Shown one piece after another: positions 26,045-30,413 of a DNA stretch of 30,413 bases. The notes under the pieces are model-generated. The model had not been told where the DNA came from. It saw only the letters and a program-made list of their open reading frames with translations, and made no database searches. The stretch's first letter is position 1, and every line of letters begins with the position of its first letter. This stretch comes from an uncultured Clostridia bacterium (GTDB taxonomy: Bacteria; Bacillota; Clostridia; Oscillospirales; CAG-272). A program made the position numbers and the translations under genes. Where the stretch lies: the NCBI GenBank assembly GCA_947304475.1, contig CAMZBE010000001.1, positions 1-30,413 on the forward strand, given 5' to 3'.

Positions 26045-29000
26045 TTATTCCAGCAGTTCCCGGAACGCTTTTCCCGGGCGTTTGACGTAAAAGCCGGTGA
26101 GCGCCTGCTCCCCTTCGTCGCCCCGCAGTCTGACCGGCACCGGTTTGCCGATGCAGAGCGGATAGAGCAGAATCCGATCGGGCGTGCGCCCGAAGATATC
26201 CGCGAGCGCCTTTGCGTAGAAATAGAGTTGCGTCCGGTGGCGCTCGACGAAGCGGTCGACCGTGTTCTCTGACGCGTTGACGCCGCCCCGCAGCCGGTCG
26301 GTTTTGTAGTCGAGCAGGACCAACTCGCCCCGTTCGGTGACGAAAACGCAGTCGACGACGCCCTGCACCATGATCGTGCCGGCACCCGCCTGCTTCTTCT
26401 TCTCTTCGTCGGTCACGAAGTCGGCGGCGGGGGTGATCCGGCTGAAGCGGAACTCCCGGCGAAGCAAGGTCGAACCCAGCATATCGTCCAACAGATCGGT
26501 TTTGCGGAACAACTCGAGTTCGGGCAGATCGACGAGATCAAGCGCTTCTTTTGTCAAAAACCCCCGGTCGATCAGCCGTTTTAACTCGGCCTCGGCGCCG
26601 GTTTCCTTGAACCGGCGCAGGTCGCAATACTGCAAAAACTCGTGCGTCGCGGTCCCGCGGAGCGCGGGATCCTCGTTCTTGCTTTTGCCCGAAACGAAAC
26701 GCGGCACGAGGGGTTCGTCGTCGTCCTTTTTGCCTGCGGAGAGATCGGTCGGATCTCCGTCCGCGGGCGGGATCGGCGCCGGGGAGAGCACCGAAACCGA
26801 GATCTTGCCCGGCACGTTGATAAGCCAACGGGAAGAATAGTCCTTCAACTCGAAAAAGTCAAAGTGCGGTTCTTTCGGGTTTGCGTCGTCGGGTTCCGCC
26901 GTATCCGCGCCGCATTCCGCGAGCGCGCCGGGCGTTGCTCTGCGACGTTCCTCTTCCAACCGTTCGGTTTCCCACACGCGTTCGTCCTCTTCGGGCGTCG
27001 GGAACAGCCGCGCGGTCCCGGACGAGAGTCCGACGGCGGAGACGATCTGGTCAAGCGGGGTGAGCGTCGCGGACTTTACGGTGAACTTCCCGTCTTTGTC
27101 CACCCCGGAATAGGTACGTTTGCGGATCACGTCGTGGCGCGTGAGCGGGCGGGCGCAGCGGTAGAGTTTTTCCAATCGCTCCGCCGGGTTTGCGCCCTTG
27201 TCGAGCGTGCCGGTCACGTAGAGCCGTTCGCGCGCCCTCGTCAGCGCGACGTAGAGAACGCGCAGGCTTTCCTCGCGCTCGAACTCCCTCTTCTCGACGT
27301 CCGAGATCTTCCGGAACGGCGTCTCGATGCGGGCGAGCCCGGTTTTGTCACGGACCGCGGGCATCAAGCCGAAGCGGGGGGAGAACGATACGTTCCCCTC
27401 GCCGTGCCCGGCGTCGCCGGAGAGGGCGCGCGAAACGAAGACGACCGGGAATTCCAATCCCTTGGAGTGGTGGATCGTCATGACGCGAACGCCTCTGGCG
27501 TTCGACGGCGGAACAAGATCGAGTTTTTGCGCCTCGCGCTCCAGGTCGTTCAGGTATTCGACGAAGCGGTACAGCCCCCGGTAGGGCATCGCCGCAAACG
27601 AGCGGGCGTACTGATAGAACAGAAGCAGATTTTCGCGTCCGTTGTCGGGGTTTGCCCCGCCGCTGACGTGCAGCAGTCCCGTCTCGGTGAAGAGTTTGAG
27701 GACCAGACGGTCGATCGCCATTCCTTCCGCCGCCCGCCGGAAGCGCGCCAACTGCGAAAGGAAAGCGTCTGCCTGCGGGCAGTCGTTCTTTTTTGCGTAT
27801 TCCTCGAGCGCGTCGTAAAAGGGGACGTCGGGGCGCGAGGCGCCGCGCCGGATCTTCGTGAGCAGATCGGGGGAAAAATCGTAGAGCGGCGAACGGAGCA
27901 GTCCGACCAACGGGACGTCGCGGCGCGGGTTGTCCACCGCGTTGAGCAGGCAGAGCGCGAGTCGGACCTCGGGGAACCCGAACAGGTTCTCCTTGGTTTC
28001 AAGCGACACGGGGATCCCTTCCCGGAGCAGCGCCAGGCGGAAGGGCGAAGTTTTTCCGGCGGCGGATCGCAAAAGGATCGCGACGTCTTCCGGTTTGATC
28101 GGAATGAATTTCGGTTGATCCGGTTCTCCCTCTTTCCACTTCGGGTTCGGGCGGGTGCAGGTCGTGATCAGCCGCTTGATCTCCTTCGCGATCCATTCGC
28201 ACTCGGCGTCGTGCGCGGGCGCATCCTCGTCTGCCGGCGTTTTTTCAAACAGTTTGACGACCGGAAGGATCGGCGTCGGGCTGCACTTGTCCTTCGCTTT
28301 GGCGAAGACGAGACGGTCGTCGGCGTCGACGTACCCGATCGATGCGCGCGTCGCCCCGAACAGGGGGCCGAAAACGGCGTTCGTAAAGTTGACGACGGGC
28401 TCGTCGCAGCGGAAGTTCTCGGACAGAAAGATCTTGGCGCAATCGTCGCTCCCGGACTCTCCGAGCGAAGGGAACGACGTCTTCAGAGAGATGAAGACCG
28501 ACGGCGCGGCGCCGCGGAACCCGTAAACGCTCTGCTTGACGTCGCCGACGAGAAACCGGTTGCGTTCGGTCGAGATCGCCTTGAAAATCTCGTGCTGAAG
28601 CGGGTTGACGTCCTGATACTCGTCGACGAAAACGTCGGTGTACCGCCCGGCGATCTCGCGCGCGACGGAGGTCTTGTTCCCGTCGGGGGATACGAGCAGG
28701 CGGAAGACCGCGCGCTCCACGTCGGCAAACGACGCGATGCGGAGCCGCTTTTTTTCGGCGGCGACCAGATCCTCGAAGCGGTGCATCAGGCGGGCAAAGG
28801 TCAGGGTGACGGGATAGAGCGTCTCCGCTTCGTCCCGCCAGACGCCTTCGTCCTCTTTGAAGAGCGGCAGATACGCCTCTTTCAGACGGTCGCGGAAGGA
28901 AAAGAACGCGCCGCGCGCCGTCTCGAGGAAGTCTTCGGTTGCCTCCGTCATATACGCGGAGGTTTCTCTGTTTTGAGGGAACGGAAGCGCGGTTGCCGCC

Positions 29001-29884
29001 CTGACCTGCTCCGCGGCGTCCGCAAAGGAGAGGGATCGGGCGCGCGCCAGAGCATCGGCGGCGTTCAGCGCGTCCGCGAGCGGAGCGGCGAATTTTCCCT
29101 GCACGGAAAGCGTTTCTTCTTTCAGGGCGGCAAGCGCCGCTTCCAGGGCGGGCTTCGCGTCGGACGCGAAATCCGCGAGCCGACCGAGAAGAGCGGCCCC
29201 GAAGACCGTTTCTTCAGGGGGGCGGTCGCAAACTTCCTTGATATATCGGGCGTAATCGTCAAATGCGTTTACGCCGCGCACGAGGTTGTCGACCTTTTTC
29301 TTCGCGTTGAAAACAATCTCGAACAGAGCGTCCAGCCGCCGCGGATCGACCAGATGCGACACGAACGCCCGAAACTCGTCGGCGGTGGCGACGTCCGGTT
29401 CTTCTCCCGCGAACAGGCGCGCGACGAGGGGTTCCGCGATCTCGCGGAACAGGCGCGTTTCCTCGTTGGAATCGCAGGTCCGGTACGAGGGGGAGAGCCC
29501 GACGTTGGCGGAATAATCGAGAGCGATCCGGCGGCAGAAACCGTCGATGGTGCCGATGTCTGCGTCGGGGATCAGCAGCAGTTGTTCGGAAAGGTGACGC
29601 CTGAGGTCCGCGTCGTCGGTTTCCGAGATCGCCTCGGTCAGTTTTTCGGTCAGTTTGGCTTTCAGGTCGTGCGCCGCCGCGACGGTGAAGGTGACGATCA
29701 CCATCTTCGAGATATCGCGCCGCTCGACGGTCAGCAGCCGTACCACGCGCGCGGTCAGCGTGGCGGTCTTACCCGAGCCTGCCGCCGCCGAAAGGAGCAG
29801 CGTCTTGCCGTCCGTTTCGATCGCGGCGGTCTGCGCGGCGGTGGGGGCGTATCCGCTCTTGTTCGCGTTGGCGCTTCGGTTCAT
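26045..29884 (-). CDS. addA: ATP-dependent helicase/nuclease AddA (1279 aa)
   Basis: SF1A motifs SAAAGSGKT, VTFT, TIDGF, DEYQD, VGDVKQSVYGFRGA, MTIHHSKGLEF and LYVALTRARE. C-terminal PD-(D/E)xK nuclease QGVVD...DYKT. Confidence 0.88.
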   Translation of the reverse strand: MNRSANANKSGYAPTAAQTAAIETDGKTLLLSAAAGSGKTATLTARVVRLLTVERRDISKMVIVTFTVAAAHDLKAKLTEKLTEAISETDDADLRRHLSEQLLLIPDADIGTIDGFCRRIALDYSANVGLSPSYRTCDSNEETRLFREIAEPLVARLFAGEEPDVATADEFRAFVSHLVDPRRLDALFEIVFNAKKKVDNLVRGVNAFDDYARYIKEVCDRPPEETVFGAALLGRLADFASDAKPALEAALAALKEETLSVQGKFAAPLADALNAADALARARSLSFADAAEQVRAATALPFPQNRETSAYMTEATEDFLETARGAFFSFRDRLKEAYLPLFKEDEGVWRDEAETLYPVTLTFARLMHRFEDLVAAEKKRLRIASFADVERAVFRLLVSPDGNKTSVAREIAGRYTDVFVDEYQDVNPLQHEIFKAISTERNRFLVGDVKQSVYGFRGAAPSVFISLKTSFPSLGESGSDDCAKIFLSENFRCDEPVVNFTNAVFGPLFGATRASIGYVDADDRLVFAKAKDKCSPTPILPVVKLFEKTPADEDAPAHDAECEWIAKEIKRLITTCTRPNPKWKEGEPDQPKFIPIKPEDVAILLRSAAGKTSPFRLALLREGIPVSLETKENLFGFPEVRLALCLLNAVDNPRRDVPLVGLLRSPLYDFSPDLLTKIRRGASRPDVPFYDALEEYAKKNDCPQADAFLSQLARFRRAAEGMAIDRLVLKLFTETGLLHVSGGANPDNGRENLLLFYQYARSFAAMPYRGLYRFVEYLNDLEREAQKLDLVPPSNARGVRVMTIHHSKGLEFPVVFVSRALSGDAGHGEGNVSFSPRFGLMPAVRDKTGLARIETPFRKISDVEKREFEREESLRVLYVALTRARERLYVTGTLDKGANPAERLEKLYRCARPLTRHDVIRKRTYSGVDKDGKFTVKSATLTPLDQIVSAVGLSSGTARLFPTPEEDERVWETERLEEERRRATPGALAECGADTAEPDDANPKEPHFDFFELKDYSSRWLINVPGKISVSVLSPAPIPPADGDPTDLSAGKKDDDEPLVPRFVSGKSKNEDPALRGTATHEFLQYCDLRRFKETGAEAELKRLIDRGFLTKEALDLVDLPELELFRKTDLLDDMLGSTLLRREFRFSRITPAADFVTDEEKKKQAGAGTIMVQGVVDCVFVTERGELVLLDYKTDRLRGGVNASENTVDRFVERHRTQLYFYAKALADIFGRTPDRILLYPLCIGKPVPVRLRGDEGEQALTGFYVKRPGKAFRELLE

Positions 29885-29910
29885 CGCGCGTCTCCTTTCC
29901 GCTGTATCGG

Positions 29911-30413
29911 TCAGATATCGAACTGCCGGAGCGGCAGCAGCACCGGCGTCGTTTCGTCTTTCGTCCTGTCGGGTTCGCGCACTTCGGCAAGCGAAAAGAA
30001 CCGTTCGCCGTCAAAAAGCCGGAAGCGCGTTCCGGGCAGGGCGTCGGCGATCCCGAGTTTTTTTGTTTCGATCCGCAATCCGTTGCGGAGCAGGCGGACG
30101 AAAAACGGCGGGGGCGACAGTTTTTTTGCCGTCGGGAAGAGTTCTTCCGCGGGGATCAGGCGCGCGAGCCGCTCCTCTTCGGTCATCTCCGCCAACTCGT
30201 CGGGCGTAGCGGCGCCTTCAAGCGTGAAGCCGCACGCCTCGACGCGCGTGAGCGCGGACATCATGCCGCCGCAGCCGAGCACGCGCCCGATATCGGCGCA
30301 GAGTGTGCGGATATAGGTGCCCTTCGACACCACGGCGTCGAGGGCGTAGTTCTTTTCGTCGATCTTTTCGGCTTCAAGCCGATAGACCGTGACGGTCCGG
30401 GGTTCGCGCTCGA
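29911..30413 (-). CDS. truB: tRNA pseudouridine(55) synthase TruB, 3' part (5' end outside the window)
   Basis: Frame open to the window edge: EREPRTVTVY...VSKGTYIRTLCADIGRVLGCGGMMSALTR. Confidence 0.93.
   Translation of the reverse strand, partial: EREPRTVTVYRLEAEKIDEKNYALDAVVSKGTYIRTLCADIGRVLGCGGMMSALTRVEACGFTLEGAATPDELAEMTEEERLARLIPAEELFPTAKKLSPPPFFVRLLRNGLRIETKKLGIADALPGTRFRLFDGERFFSLAEVREPDRTKDETTPVLLPLRQFDI

Noticed and set aside
26642-30316. 1224-aa plus-strand ORF
   Set aside because: Antisense shadow of addA and truB, with no domain signal.

Overview
30.4-kb window from a GC-rich bacterium, most likely an uncultured Clostridia/Bacillota lineage (inferred from gene set and signals). 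It spans the chromosomal replication origin. Gene order: probable 6S RNA, rny, ymdB, GH106-like hydrolase > [hairpin cassette] < GT2 | dnaA, oriC (DnaA boxes plus DnaA-trios), dnaN, recF, remB, gyrB, gyrA, lipoprotein, XRE-HTH protein, small membrane protein, rnj, EEP lipoprotein > [repeat copy, parS] < membrane protein, parB, parA | parS | Ca/Na antiporter > < beta-helix protein, addA, truB (partial). The least explicable feature is a non-coding ~570-bp cassette (5842-6410). It is bounded by ~45-bp inverted repeats and filled with stacked hairpins. It includes an exact 22-nt-period array of variable hairpins joined by a constant AATTCA linker, and a module that recurs at 21083-21207. Other notable points: a gyrase with substitutions in both the quinolone and aminocoumarin pockets, an origin region lacking the usual rpmH-rnpA-yidC-jag block, parAB relocated and bracketed by two parS sites, a membrane gene coupled to parB, and an addA without an adjacent addB. 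All alignments were done by eye; no database searches were run.
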